A stretch of 64,000 nucleotides of DNA, taken from NCBI RefSeq assembly GCF_009914755.1, contig NC_060933.1; one strand, 5' to 3'. The notes beneath the pieces were generated by a model, which was given only the letters and a program-made list of their open reading frames with translations, was not told where the DNA came from and did not search any database. This DNA is from the human T2T-CHM13v2.0 reference genome, Homo sapiens. The position numbers and the translations under genes are program-made. Position 1 is the first letter of the stretch. Each line of letters begins with the position of its first letter. Of the stretch, positions 48,227 through 61,265 are shown piece after piece.

Positions 48227-50237
48227 TAGAGAAGTGTTGCCCAGAAAAGATAATATCTCCCATTCTTATTTTTCATCTAAATATAATTGAATACTTGCTA
48301 GAAAAGTCCAAAAATTCAAACAAAATTAAAAGTAGAATTTGATTCTGAAGGTTTATGGCAAGATAAGGAGGTTGCTGTTGGCCTGTACAGGAAATTGGAA
48401 ATTGTATAATGATCTTGAATATGCAAATATGCATGCCTTTGACCCAAATACTTTTCAAATTTTCATGTCAATGTCTGAAAATGTTTAGAAAGGTCTGTGG
48501 CATCCACATCTCTCTTTGCCAGACAAGGACAGGCTTATTTCTAGATACTTGAGTTCCCTCAAGATTCTTCAGGTTGAATTTACACTACATCATTTCATTT
48601 GTCCTGATCTCTGAGGTCAGCTTTGTCTGCGTCTGAGTTATTGATGATATCTTAGCAATGGAATGAAGTCTTCTTTATCTGCATTTCCAAATTGTAAGCA
48701 AATAATTTGAGCAGAGGTATTGTTCTTCAATTTTTGTCTTTAAATTTCTGCCTACAATGAAACCTCTAAGGCTTTATTTATTCTCCTCAATTTACAGAAG
48801 CACTTCTAGCTTCAGAGAGTTAGCTTAGTTAATTTTGTTTTCTATGTCTAACTTTATCTTCCAGAATTACAAAAAAAAAAAAAAAAAAAAAGCTCAGCCA
48901 AAAGTTTTTGCCTTATGTATTTGTTTTTAACTAGCATTCATATGGTGACTTGATGCCTTCAATGGAAAGTTTACTCTTGCCTATGGGCAAAAGTATTACT
49001 GAGAAAACCAAATCATAAATGGATACCTTTGTGTCAGATTATACTGAACAAGCTTTCCTTTTCTCTCTCAAAGAACTGAAATTTCCTCCTGATGCTTCAA
49101 TCAACTCTTTCAAGACTTGTGTTAAAAAATACCAGTGTACTTCTGCTTAGTAGATAACATTTTAATTTTGCTCTCATTTCTTCATAAAGTCATTTGAAAA
49201 TGAGGTGGATGAAGCCCTGACTCTGACGAAATTGAGGACTTACTTTTAAGTAGATAATGACAAAACTTAGTTCAAGATGGTTGGCAGAGTCTCTAACTGA
49301 AAAGCATACCGATGAGGACAGCAATGAGTCATTATGACATACGGAGCCTCTTTGTTCATCAAAGCATCAACCCAGATGTGTTACCAAGTCCTGCAAGGGC
49401 TCCATCTGTGAGCGGAATATCAAGATTATCCTTATGGGGAGGTTTTCTTGGCAAAGAAACTTGTCACCATTTTGAAGACAGTGAGGGCCTTTGAGATTTC
49501 AAAATAGGGCTCAAGAAAGAGGAATTCTTTTATGAAGTACAGGCCTGCACCCAGCAGCTGAAAATCAGTTGTGAACTACAGTGAGAAATATAGTGGTTGC
49601 ATCCAGTTGCATATTGAAAGGAATGATGAACAGCTGCCAATTCTTCTACGAATGTGCTTAAAATATGAGAAGAATCTGGGGCTAGATCATGTCACTTGAA
49701 TGACACACTGCTTCAGATTCCTTTCTCTGTTTCAAGTCATACATTCACTCAATCATTTCCAAGGCACATGGATTAACCAAGGCTTCTCCAGTTGTGCATG
49801 GTAATGTGATAAGCAACCTTATCCAATACTTCAAAACAAAGTTTAATGTTTGGGAAAAATGCAAGAGTTAGTAGAATACCAACACTTTCTCCAAAAATAT
49901 CCTCTATCTAATATACTTGCAGCATGTCAAGTCTTCCTTTAGTATTGTTAGGGCCAACAGATTTGATTATTAAAGCCAAATCAAAGAGCATATTAATATT
50001 ATGCTTCTTGAATATTTTTCAATTTAAACCAGACAACACCTAAACATAGAAAGATTTCTGTAATTGTGAATGTGGTTCAGTGGCCACAAGGGCATGTTCA
50101 ATAGGTAATAATAAGACATCATTACATGAATTAAAATCCTGAGGATATACAACAGTATCCCATGCCATCTCACATTTACTTAGAATGAGATAATATCTCA
50201 ACATATGGATTGACATTAAAATGTATGTTTATTGAAG

Positions 50238-50239
<2 letters not shown>

Positions 50240-50277
<38 letters not shown>
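50240..50277. repeat. (GT)n microsatellite
   Basis: Read directly from the sequence. Confidence 0.97.
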
Positions 50278-50279
<2 letters not shown>

Positions 50280-51200
50280 ATGTGTGCCAATTGTGGTAAT
50301 TCATAGAATTCTTGGAAACCATATATAAGGGGCTATGTGAAGACCCTCTGGCTGAATTCTTTACAGCCTTCTTCTGGTTAAGTCAGATCAGCAGCAAATT
50401 GTGTAGTTAACCCATTTTAAATTGGCTTTCCATAGAACTGCTTTTACTGAATGATGATGTCTCCAATTTATAGTGAGGATCATTGTAAGAAATAGTTTTA
50501 TAAAGCTTGTTGCTATGTTAACTAATAGATATTATGAAAGATGTTTTTATTACATTACACAGCTTTCTCTGTCTCGCTCTCTGTCTCTCTCATAGCCATG
50601 GGAAAAGTTAATTTTTGTCTTATGGGACACCTTGAAACACAAAGTGAGTCATGTTTCCTTCCACAAGGGTTGCTAGAAGATTTAGAACCATATTTGTGGT
50701 TCACCAAAAATATTGAGTCAATATTTTTGAAATCTTGATCTAAGTAAGTTCAAGCTGCTATTTTAAAGCTGCCAGCTGTTTTCTGCTTCATTTTTGAGAA
50801 GGACTATTTTCTTCATTAGGAGAAATATTTTCATTTGTCTTTTGCAAAGGTAAAGTCAAAAATTTTATTTCAGAATGGAAAACTTTGGACAATATGGGAG
50901 CTAAATTTCTCTCTATATTAATATGAACCTTTGCCTTTCTTTAGGGGACTCATGTCTGTGCAGATTATTACGCCATTGTCTGAAAGAAGGGCCTGAGACT
51001 GAGGGTGAGGGAAAAGTGATGTTCCTCCCTTTTTATTGGGCCCCAGTGAGGGCTGGGTTTCTTGACTTCCAAAAGGGAGGGAAATCAGAGGAAGAACAAT
51101 TCTTCGGTGGGAAGCAAGCTGGAGACTGCCATTAGACTGAGTTTGAGGAAAAGGAGAGACAGGCTGGGAAGAGAGAGACTATGGAGGTCCATAGTTTGTA

Positions 51201-51299
51201 TATGAAAATGGTCAGTGCCTCTAGAATCTGTAGGCTAAACTATGGAGTTTGGCTCCATAGTTTAGCCTACAGATTCTAGAGGCACTGACCATTTTCATA
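51201..51299. repeat. Perfect inverted repeat, 47-bp arms, 5-nt loop
   Basis: 51201-51247 is the exact reverse complement of 51253-51299; loop TTTGG. Confidence 0.98.
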
Positions 51300-52364
51300 A
51301 CCAATTTAAAATTTTCCTTTTCTTTGTGGCAACTTCTTTGTGATAGTTCCCTTACTTTTAGTAAAGTCATATACATTCCAGAAACCGACCTCAAGTGTGG
51401 AATTCCCTAATGTTTGGAGTGAAGGAGTATGGGAATGTAGTGGCAGTCAGGACAAAGCTGGATCTGAGATGGCCAGAAGTGACTTGCCCAAAGTAAGACA
51501 GCAAGCTGAGGAGGGAAGTAGCCCCCAAGATAGAACTGTGGCAGATGGAAGCTTTCTGCAGAGCTCCAGAAACACTCAGAGACAGGAACCTGGAGGAAGA
51601 CTGGATTGCCTGTGGTCACCTGGAATGGATATTTGGATTCTTGCTTTGGATATTAAAGGGAACAGTGAAACACAAGGGCTGAAGTAACTGGGACTTCTAG
51701 GTTACAAGAGTGTACAACTTTGTGGCGTACACTTAATTTACACCTTCAACCCTGGTTCCATCTTATTTTCTCATCCTTATTTTCTTATTACTTATTCTTA
51801 TAAATTTATGTATGTGCTTATTTAATTTTTTAAAGATGTGAATCTATGAGGCTTGGGGGTAACACCAGAAAGGGAAGATATTTTTGGCCAGAACTCATGG
51901 CCACAAAGGCAGCAGACCTGTTACCACCCTGTGCAGAGGCATTTTGGGCTCGATAGATCCAGAGTGCTCCAGTCAAGGGACAACAACACCTACTGCTCTT
52001 ACTTTTTTTTTGGAATGAGCACAAAAATGCCCTTATCAGCAAGAAGACTTCTTATTGCCAAGCTGCCAGAATTTAGGCGGCTGCAGTTTGCAGCAATCCT
52101 GGGAAAACAGCTCCATAACACCTGGAGACTTTGAGGCCAATAGGAAATTGAAGCCCTTGCTGCTAGGGGAAGGATTGGATGCAGGTTTCCTAGTAGGAGT
52201 AGGAGTGGGGCCAGTTCCATTGGATAATCCAGGATGAGCACTTGGATTTTTAAAAAATTAATCCTGCTTATTACTCCATAACATCTTTAGAAATTATCTT
52301 AAGAAAGCAGAATAGAAATAATTAAAAACAAAATAAGAAATAGCATAATGATCATGACAATCTT

Positions 52365-52738
52365 TTATATGGTTTAGATTCGTGTCCCCACCCAAATTTC
52401 ATGTAGAATTGTAATTCCCACTGTTGGAGGTGGGGCCTGGTGGGAGGTGATTGGATCATGGGGGTGGATTTCCCCCTTTGGTGCTGATAGAGTTCTTACC
52501 AGATCTGGTTGTTAAAAGTGTGTGGCACCTCCTCCTATCTCTCTCTTTCTCTTGCCCTGGCCATGTAAGACCTGCTTGTTTCCCCTTTGCCTTCTGCCAT
52601 GATTGTAAGTTTCCTGAGGCCTCCCCAGCCATGCTTCCTATACAGCCTGTGGAACTGGAAGTCAATTACATCTCTTTTGTTTATAAATTACCCAGTTTCA
52701 GGTATTTCTCTATAGCAGTGCAAGAAGAAACTAATATA
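52365..52738 (+). mobile_element. MSTA/MSTB solo LTR
   Basis: ttatatggtttagattcgtgtccccacccaaat...gattgtaagtttcctgaggcctccccagcc...ctaatata; flanks atctt/atctc (5-bp TSD with one mismatch). Confidence 0.92.
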
Positions 52739-53528
52739 ATCTCCTTCCCCTTCTCCCCCAGAAAACCCCCAATTATGCCACACATAGAATATTGTCTTCA
52801 AAATAATTCTCTCTAGAGCATGAAGACAACACTCCATAATTCAAAACATGTTGGACTTCTCTTTGGAGACCACCTTCAAAACCATGTACCACCACAGGAA
52901 AAAACTCCATCATTACCTTATTGCAATTAGACATTCTGTCTCAGTCTGCTAATCTTTATTCCTCCTTGTCTTTTTTTCTGTTGAATGCATCCCCTCCCAC
53001 CTCTGTCCCTTCCTCATCTTTTACACAAGCAGTAGTAATATCCCCAGAGAGGTCATGCTGAGGCTGCTACTTGCAAAGAGCTAGAGATGCTGAAACACAG
53101 GGCTGTGAGGCCAGACAGGCTGGGAGTCAAGGAAGCAATTTGCAGCAACCCCGAGAGGAGACTGATGGTGGTAAGTTAATTTGTATGCAGTCTGCAAAGA
53201 GCTATTTTATAGCTGAGTGCTGTACGGGTGAATCATGGTAGGTTGGGATTGCTGTGGCCAGTCAAATTGCTTTGAATTTAGGAAAACCTATATAGAGCAT
53301 CATATAAATACCTGGTGTAGTCATTATTACCTATTTAGTTTAAAGGAAATAGCAAGTTATTTTGGGTTACAATGGAACCTTGTTATAAAGACTTGAATGT
53401 TAAAATGTTGTTGGTTTTACATATCTGAATAGTAATTTTTTCATTTGCCTCATAGTAGTAATAGTAGTATCAGAAAATATTCTCCCCAAGCCAAAAATGC
53501 AACAACTGAAAAACATGGAAGAAAAAAG

Positions 53529-53542
53529 CCAGTAGGGGGCAC
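53529..53542 (+). promoter_or_regulatory. Candidate CTCF core motif
   Basis: CCAGTAGGGGGCAC fits CCASYAGRKGGCRS. Confidence 0.5.
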
Positions 53543-54419
53543 GCTGATTAGAACTAAATGCTCTTGAGTCAACTCTATCACTGTTCCCTCCTCCCCCTAA
53601 GAAGTAAGAGTTATTTCAAATATGAATTCAAAAGTCAGCATATGGAATTTTTATTTTCTTGTTTGCTTAGAGGATATAAGTATTTGCAAAGTAGAATGAG
53701 TGAATTTTATAATAAAATTAGCAAGTAAATAATAATGTCTTTTATAATTACCTTGATCCCCTCATTTTTAAATATAAAAATGCCCTTTCTACAGTCCCTC
53801 TTAAACCTGGTTCTTAACATTTTCCTTGACTATCAAAATAAGATATTCTGAAAGGTAGACTAAAACATGAAGAAGTAAAAAAATAACAAAATAAAATGAC
53901 CTATAAGAGGAGTTCCTAGAGTCAAAATCTACTTATGTTTTGATTTATTTTTTCCACTGTTTTCCTGTGTATTTCCCTATGACTATTTAAAAGTGTAAGG
54001 CAGTATTATAATGCAATTACTTTTTTAAAAGAGAATTTATGGCAATGTTGTGATGGCATGAGAGGTAGCATGATATGTGTTCTTCTTAGCCTGGACACAG
54101 CATTCCAATCCTTCCAAGAGTAAACTTACATTAACACATGGAGAACCAGGGAAGTAACTCGGGACTGGTTGGCATGCAACTTTTCATCATATAACTTTCA
54201 AAGTTATCATCTGATTGGGCTGGTGTACATCACCACACATGGAGCATCCTTAGTGGATGAAGGGATTTAACCTTTCTTATGTCCACTTTTACATAATTAC
54301 CATTGGCTTGGACTCTGACCCTTGGGCCAATATGTCATGGCCATGGAAGTGGGGCTGCTTTTTCTTAGCACATAGTACAGTCTCAGCATATGTGGAATTT
54401 AGTTTATAAAGTCAATGTG

Positions 54420-55340
54420 AAAATCTAGGTGAGAGAAGTTGATGTGACTTAGGATAGTAGCTACAGAAAAGGTGAAAAAAGCAGTTGGATTCTTGGTATA
54501 CTTAGAAGCCAAGCTAACATTATTTGCTAATGGGATGAGTGTGGGAAATGAAAGAAAGAGAGAAGTCAGGGATGGCTTGAGCAACTGGCATAGACAGGGG
54601 CCATTTACTGAAGGAGGCTATAGGAGGAAGAGATTGGGGGGATTGGATATGTTAAGTTTGAAATTCATCTTAACGATCAAACCAAAGATTTTCAATGTAC
54701 AAATCTTGACTTCAAAGGAGTCGCAGGATGTAGAGGTATAATTTGGGGGTCATCAAGGAGGTGTGTTGTGTAGTGCTTAAAAGCAGCTACTCTGGAGCCA
54801 GATTGCTTAGGTTCCAGTCTTGGCTCTTTTCTCTACTAGCTGTGGCCCTGGGCAAATAATTTAACTTCTCTATGCCTCCCTTTTCCTTCTGAGTTGAGGA
54901 TCATAATAGAAACAATCTTAGTGCTGTTGTGAAGGATGATTAGTATATGTCATATACTTAGAACTAGGCACAAAGTAGGCATATCAACCATTTGTCCTAT
55001 TATTATCACATAAGTATAGTTCATATTTAAAGCCATTATACTCAGTGAGATCACTTGAGTCTAGCAGGAAACAGAGTTCAAAGACTGAGACCCGAGATCC
55101 TCCAATATTTAGATTGTAGGAGGAGGGGAAGAGACTAGACGAGACTTAAGAGTGAATAGGATAAGAAGAAAGAGCAAATAGTGTCCCCAGAAGTCAACTG
55201 AAAATATCTAGAAGAAAGCAGAGATAAAAGTATCATGTGCTGTTGACAGGTTAAATAAGATGAAGCCTGAGAACCATCTACTGACTTAGGCTACATAGAG
55301 ATTTTAGGGGACCTTTGCAAGAGCTATTCTGATGGGAAAG
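54420..55340 (-). mobile_element. L2 fragment interrupted by a MIR (about 54760-55000)
   Basis: ggattcttggtatacttagaag...tataatttgggggtcatca | MIR | atatttaaagccat...gacaggttaaataagatgaag. Confidence 0.7.
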
Positions 55341-57444
55341 TACGGCACAAAAAAGACATAATATGTAAAGGATAGTGTTACAGACTTGTATCTTTATACA
55401 CTAGAATTCTGATTATTTTGGTAAGGAACCCCCACTATGACAGCGCCTTAGAGATTGAGACTGTCCGAGGGCACAGCAAATTCACAACCCTTATCTCACG
55501 TTAACTTAGGGGTACACACTTATTTAGTGGAATGTTAGGCAACATTGCCAGTACTCTTTTAGTAGTTATTTTTCTCATTTTATTTTTTGCTGTAGACAGA
55601 GTCAAATTTGCACATGTCAAATCATGTAATACCACTGTCTTATTACAAGCTAAGTCAACATTAGACATAAACAACTGCTAAGGGTGGCTTCCTCAAAATG
55701 GAACTTGGGAAGTGGTTGGCAATTTTGGTTTCATGGACTGAGGAGTATATTTGTCCCATCCCCTGCTTTCTTCATACAGTATTAAATAGTGAGCATTTCT
55801 GCATGTTATTAATTTTTTTCACAAATGTCATTTTTAATAACTTTAATAATTCAACCTATGCCTATTCCATAATTCATTTAACTATTCTTTTGCACATTGA
55901 TGGTGTTTATAATTTTTAATCGTTTCAAACACCACCATATTAATCTGTCATACATTAATCTTTGCCATTCTCTCTATTTCCTTGGGGTAGAGGGTAGTTC
56001 TCAAAAATGGGATTAAAGCATGAATATTTTAAAGGCTGCTGTTAAATAGCTTTCTAGAAATATTATACCAATACAAGATATGCCAACAGAGATAAAGTGC
56101 CCACCTCACCACACCGTGGCCAATACCGAACATGCATTTTTAAGTTGTGACAGTTTTTCTCCATGAATAAAGGTATCATACTGGTGTTTTAATTTTCAGT
56201 CCAAAGGTTAGCATCTTTATTTGCTTATTAAGCATTGTATTTTTTTCCTTCTGAAATTTTTATGTTCCAGTTCTTTGCCCTTTTTTGGTTTTTATTACTA
56301 TGGTTCTATGTCATCTTGATATGTGTGGACCTCTTCCTTGTGACTGATAGCTCATAAAACTACTTTTCCCTCCACGCCCCCCACCCACTTTCCTTAGTTC
56401 CCTGAAAAGCAGTAGGCACAAGAAATGGCATGGAAATCACAGTCCTGACTTTAGGCAAATGTTCAGCGCTGCCACTGTCAGCTTTAACTTTCTGGGGATT
56501 TGGTCCCTCTGCAAAAGCTTCCTGAGGATCTACAGGTTAAAAAAAAAAAAAAAATAGAGAATAGGTTTCCACCACCCAGTCATTTACTGGGCAAACACTT
56601 TCTAAAGATATATAAAACTCACCCCACAGGTTAGAGAATTTAGCTCAATGATTCAAATAAAAGCAAGCAGCAAGCAACATTTAAAAATGTCATCTTTTAA
56701 TATCTCCTAAACTGAGCTGTGCCCTGCTGGGTGAAAAGGCCACTCCACCAAGCAGCCGATGCAGGATTCCTTTTAGAGCTCTCAGTGCCTAGCAATATGC
56801 AGGAAGACTGATGAAAATAATTGCACTGTAAGAGAATCTGACTAAACATTTTTTTAGCAGAAATCCCAAATACGGCATAATTTTATGGACGGTAGCCTTC
56901 ATGCTGTGCGTTAGATCTCTATTTATTACAAATATTTGATTAAACATTTGTGACTTAGAATATCAAATGATTAAAAATTACCTAATACAAGAGTTATAGC
57001 AACCAGGATTTTGTCTACTGCCTTAAGAACTGCTAGAACATTAATTAGGAATATCATGTTTGCACCAGGCAAATGTCTCTATTTCTTAGATATTGCGATG
57101 TGCCAATCTAAACCATTTTATCTATCCCAATGGTGACTCATTGAAAAGATGATAAACTTCTAGTATCATAATTGTTATGTCTAGACTGAAATTACATACA
57201 GGTGCAATAAATGCTTTCCTAAATTGTGTACAAATCAGAGTCTTACAAATTTAATAGAGATAAGAAATTTGTATTGTAAGCAATTAAAATAAAAACTAGA
57301 CTGTAGCATTTTGTAGGGCAAATAATTATTTCACAAGTAAAGAATCTATACCTAATTTATCTGCAAACCATGTGCACTTGCTCAAGTCATTTACCATTTT
57401 GGGGGCTCAGTCTCCTCATCTGTAAAATGATGTTTCTGTACATT

Positions 57445-57697
57445 GTTTTTTTTTTGAGATGGAGTCTTGCTCTGTCGCCCAGGCTGAAGTGCAGTGGTGC
57501 TATCTCGGCTCACTGCAAGCTCCGCCTCCTGGGTTCACGCCATTCTCCTGCCTCGGCCTCCTGAGTAGCTGGGACTACAGGTGCCCGCCACCATGCCTGG
57601 CGAATTTTTTGTATTTTTAGTAGAGTCGGGGTTTCACTGTGTTAGCCAGGATGGTCTTGATCTCCTGACCTCGTGATCCGCCCACCTTGGCCTCCCA
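57445..57697 (-). mobile_element. 5'-truncated AluY inside a MIR
   Basis: caagctccgcctcctgggttcacgccattctcc; degenerate TSD tctgtacattgtttt/tctacactgtttt. Confidence 0.9.
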
Positions 57698-58479
57698 ACT
57701 CTACACTGTTTTAGATGTATCTCTAAGGCTCCTCCGACTCTATCACTGTTCTAATATGTACCATATATAGACAGAAATTGGCCTTATTAAAGGTCTACCC
57801 TGTAAAAGGTGCTACTTATTCTGGAAAAAGTCATCTCAGGTCTCAGTCTTTGACCCTTATCTCCTGCTAGACTGAAGTGATCTCATCGAGTACAATGGCT
57901 TTAAATATCAACTATACTCATGTGATAATAATAGGACGAATGGTTGATATGCCTACTTTTTGTGCCTCATTCTAAATATATGACATACACTAATTATCCC
58001 TCACAACAGGGTCAATGCATCCAGTCTAGAAATTCATCTATAATGATCTTTTTACTTAGGATTTTATAACAATGTGTATTAGTTTATAATAGCTAAACCA
58101 AAACTATACAATTAATTTTTAAGAAATTCAGTGTTTATGAGCCCTATTCCTAAAGAAGTTTGTTTCCTCCATCACATCCTACAAAATGCCTGCTAATCAA
58201 TACTGCTGCTTGATGATTACTGGATGACAGCGTCTCATTCTGTGTACACCATCCTGGTTCTATATCTGGGTTTTGTGTTTTCACTCTTCTGAACACTGTT
58301 GTATAGTTGAAAAAGGAAACTATGAGCAAGTTCTCCTACTCTACACATTTTTAAATTTGAAAGTTTTTCATTGTGAAATCTGTATTAGCCAGACACTTAG
58401 TTGGAAGTGAATAAAGTGCAACTCTTATGCTTATGTATATATGTATATATATTCCTAAAATATATTCTTATATATAAAC

Positions 58480-58842
58480 ATATGGTTCCTGGCTTACAAT
58501 GGTTCTATTTATGATTTTTTCAAATTTATAATGATGCAAAAGTGATATGCATTTAGTAAAAACCATGTTTTGAGTATCTATACAACCATTGTTTTCACTT
58601 TCAGTACAGTATTCAATAAATTACATGAGATGTTCAACACTTTAATATAAAATAGGCTTTGTGTTAGATGATTTTGCCCAACAGTAGGCTAATGTAAGTA
58701 CCCTGAGCATGTTTAAGGTAGGTTAGACTAAGCTATGACGTTCAGTAGGTTAGGGGTATTAAATACATTTTTGACTTAGGATTTTTTCAACTTACGATGG
58801 ATTTATTGGGATAAAACCACACGGTAAGTTGAGGAGCATCTG
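58480..58842 (-). mobile_element. MER47A-like (Tigger) DNA transposon
   Basis: Ends gtaagttgaggagcatctg|ta; internal gattttgcccaacagtaggctaatgtaag. Confidence 0.85.
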
Positions 58843-59467
58843 TATTCTTACAGAGTGGACAAGGTTGGATGGGACTGGCCATACAGGAGGACTAGAATTT
58901 TTTCAGGATGCTGTCTCTCAATTCTCATTCCTTCTGCATGTCAGCTTTATCCTTGTGAGTGTCTCCATATGGCAGTGTATGTGGCCAACAGTGTCGCTGG
59001 GGACATATCCTTATAGATCTTGGCAAGAAAAGAAAAAAGTTCCTCAAGAAGAACTCTCACTGGACCCGTTTAACTGTCATGCCCTTCCTGACCCATCACT
59101 GTGGCCAGATGCATGCTAACGTGTTTAGGTGGGGAGGCACTTCCATTATAGTAAGGAAGAACAGTTCTTCAAAGGAAGGGGAGCTATGCTATTACTGGAA
59201 GAAGGTAGGCAGGGGCCTGAGTAGAGAGAAACACTAGATGTTCACATGGAATCATGGTTGTTTCAGGTGGATGATGATGCTTTAATGTATAGAGAACTTA
59301 CAACTTATAAAACATGTTCACATACAATGTCTGTTGGTCCTCACAGAAACTCTATGAAAGTTCGTTCTTATCCTCTCCCCATTTTATAGATGAGGAAACA
59401 AGCTCAGAGTTGTGCAGCTTGTATGTGGTGTAGTGGTAACTAAGCACTTAATTATGATTGAGGATAA

Positions 59468-60279
59468 TTTTTTAAGACTTCTATTTTAGGTTCAGGGGTA
59501 CATGTACAGGGTTGGTTATACAGGTAAACTGTGTGTCATGGGGGTTTGGTGTACAGATAATTTCATCACCCAGGTAGCATAGTACCCGATAGGTATTATT
59601 TCTGTGCCTCTCCCTCCTCCCACCCTGTACTCTCAATTAGGCCCCAGTATGTATTATTCCCCTGTATCTACCCACGTGTTCTCATTGTTTCGGTTCCATT
59701 TATAAGTGAGAACATGTGGTACTTGGTTTTCTGCTCCTGTGTCACTTTGCTAAAGATGATGTCCTGCAGCCCATCCATGTTGCCGTAAAGGACACAATCT
59801 CATTCTTTTTTATGACTGCATAGTATTCTATGGTGTATTTGTACCACATTCTCTTCAGCCAGTCTACCATTGATGGGCATTTAGGTTGATTCCATGTCTT
59901 TACTATTGTGAATAGTGCTGCGAGGAACATATGTGTGCATGTGTCATTATGGTAAAATGATTTATATTCCTTTTGGTATAGACCTAATAATACGATTGCT
60001 GGGTCGAATGGCAATTCTGTTTTAAATTATTTGAGAAGTCGCCACACTGCTTTTCACAATGGCTGAACTAATTTACGCTCCCACCAGCAGTGTATAAGCA
60101 TTCTCTTTTCTCCACAACCTCTCCAGCATCTATGATTTTTTGACTTTTTAATCATAGCCTTTCTGACTAGTGTGAGATGGTATTTCACTGTAGTTTTGAT
60201 TTGCATTTCTCTAATGATTGAGCATTTTTTTATAGGCTTATTGGCTGTGGGTATGTCTTCTTTTGAAAAGTGTCTGTTC
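59468..60279 (-). mobile_element. L1 3' end (L1PA15-16-like), host; resumes at 61085-61265
   Basis: Antisense 3' UTR and ORF2 C-terminus (ORF 59742). Confidence 0.9.
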
Positions 60280-61084
60280 CACTTCTCAAAAGAAGACATT
60301 TATATGGCAAACAAACATATGAAAAAAAGCTCAACACCGCTGATCATTAGAGAAATGCAAATCAAAACCACAACGAGATACCATCTCATGCCAGCTAGAA
60401 TGGCAATTATTAAAAAGTCAAGAAACAACAGATGCTGGTAAGGTTGTAGAGAAATAGGAACGCTTTTACACCATTGGTGGGAATGTAAATTAGTTCACTG
60501 TGGAAGACAGTGTGGTGATTCCTTAAAGATTTAGAACCAGAAATACCATTTGACCCAGCAATCCCATTACTGGGTATATACCCAAAGGAATATAAATCAT
60601 TCTATTATAAAGATGCATGCACATGTATGTTCATTGCAGCACTATTCACAATAGTAAAGACAGGGAATCAACCAAAATGCCAATCAATGATAGACTAGAT
60701 GAATAAAATGTGGTACATATACACCATGGAATACTATGCAGCCATAAAAAGGAATGAGACCATGTCCTTTGCAGGGACATGGATAGAGCTGGCAGCCATT
60801 ATACTCAGCAAACTAACGCAGGAACAGAAAACAAAACACCACATGTTCTCACTTATAAGTGGGAGCTGAACGACGAGAACACATGGACACAGGGAGGAAA
60901 ACAACACACACTAGGGCCTGTAAGGGGACAGGGGAAGGGAGAGAATCAGGAAAAATAGCTGATGCGTGCTGCGCTTAATACCTAGGTGATGAGTTGATAG
61001 GTGCAGCAAATCACTATGGCACACGTTTATCTATATAGCAAACCTGCACATTCTGCACATGTACCCTGGAACTTAAAATTTTTA
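60280..61084 (+). mobile_element. 5'-truncated L1 (older L1PA) with TSD AAAAGTGT(C/T)TGTTC
   Basis: TSD at 60266-60279 and 61085-61098; ends ctggaacttaaaa. Confidence 0.9.
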
Positions 61085-61265
61085 AAAAGTGTTTGTTCAT
61101 GTCCTTTCCCCACTTTTTAATGGGGTTGCCTTTTGCTTGTAAATTTGCTTAAGTTCCTTGTAGATTCTGGATATTAGACCTTTGTTGGATGCATAATTTG
61201 CAGATATTTTCTCCCATTCTGTAGGTGTTCTGTTCACTCTGTTGATAGTGTCTTTTGCTGTACAG

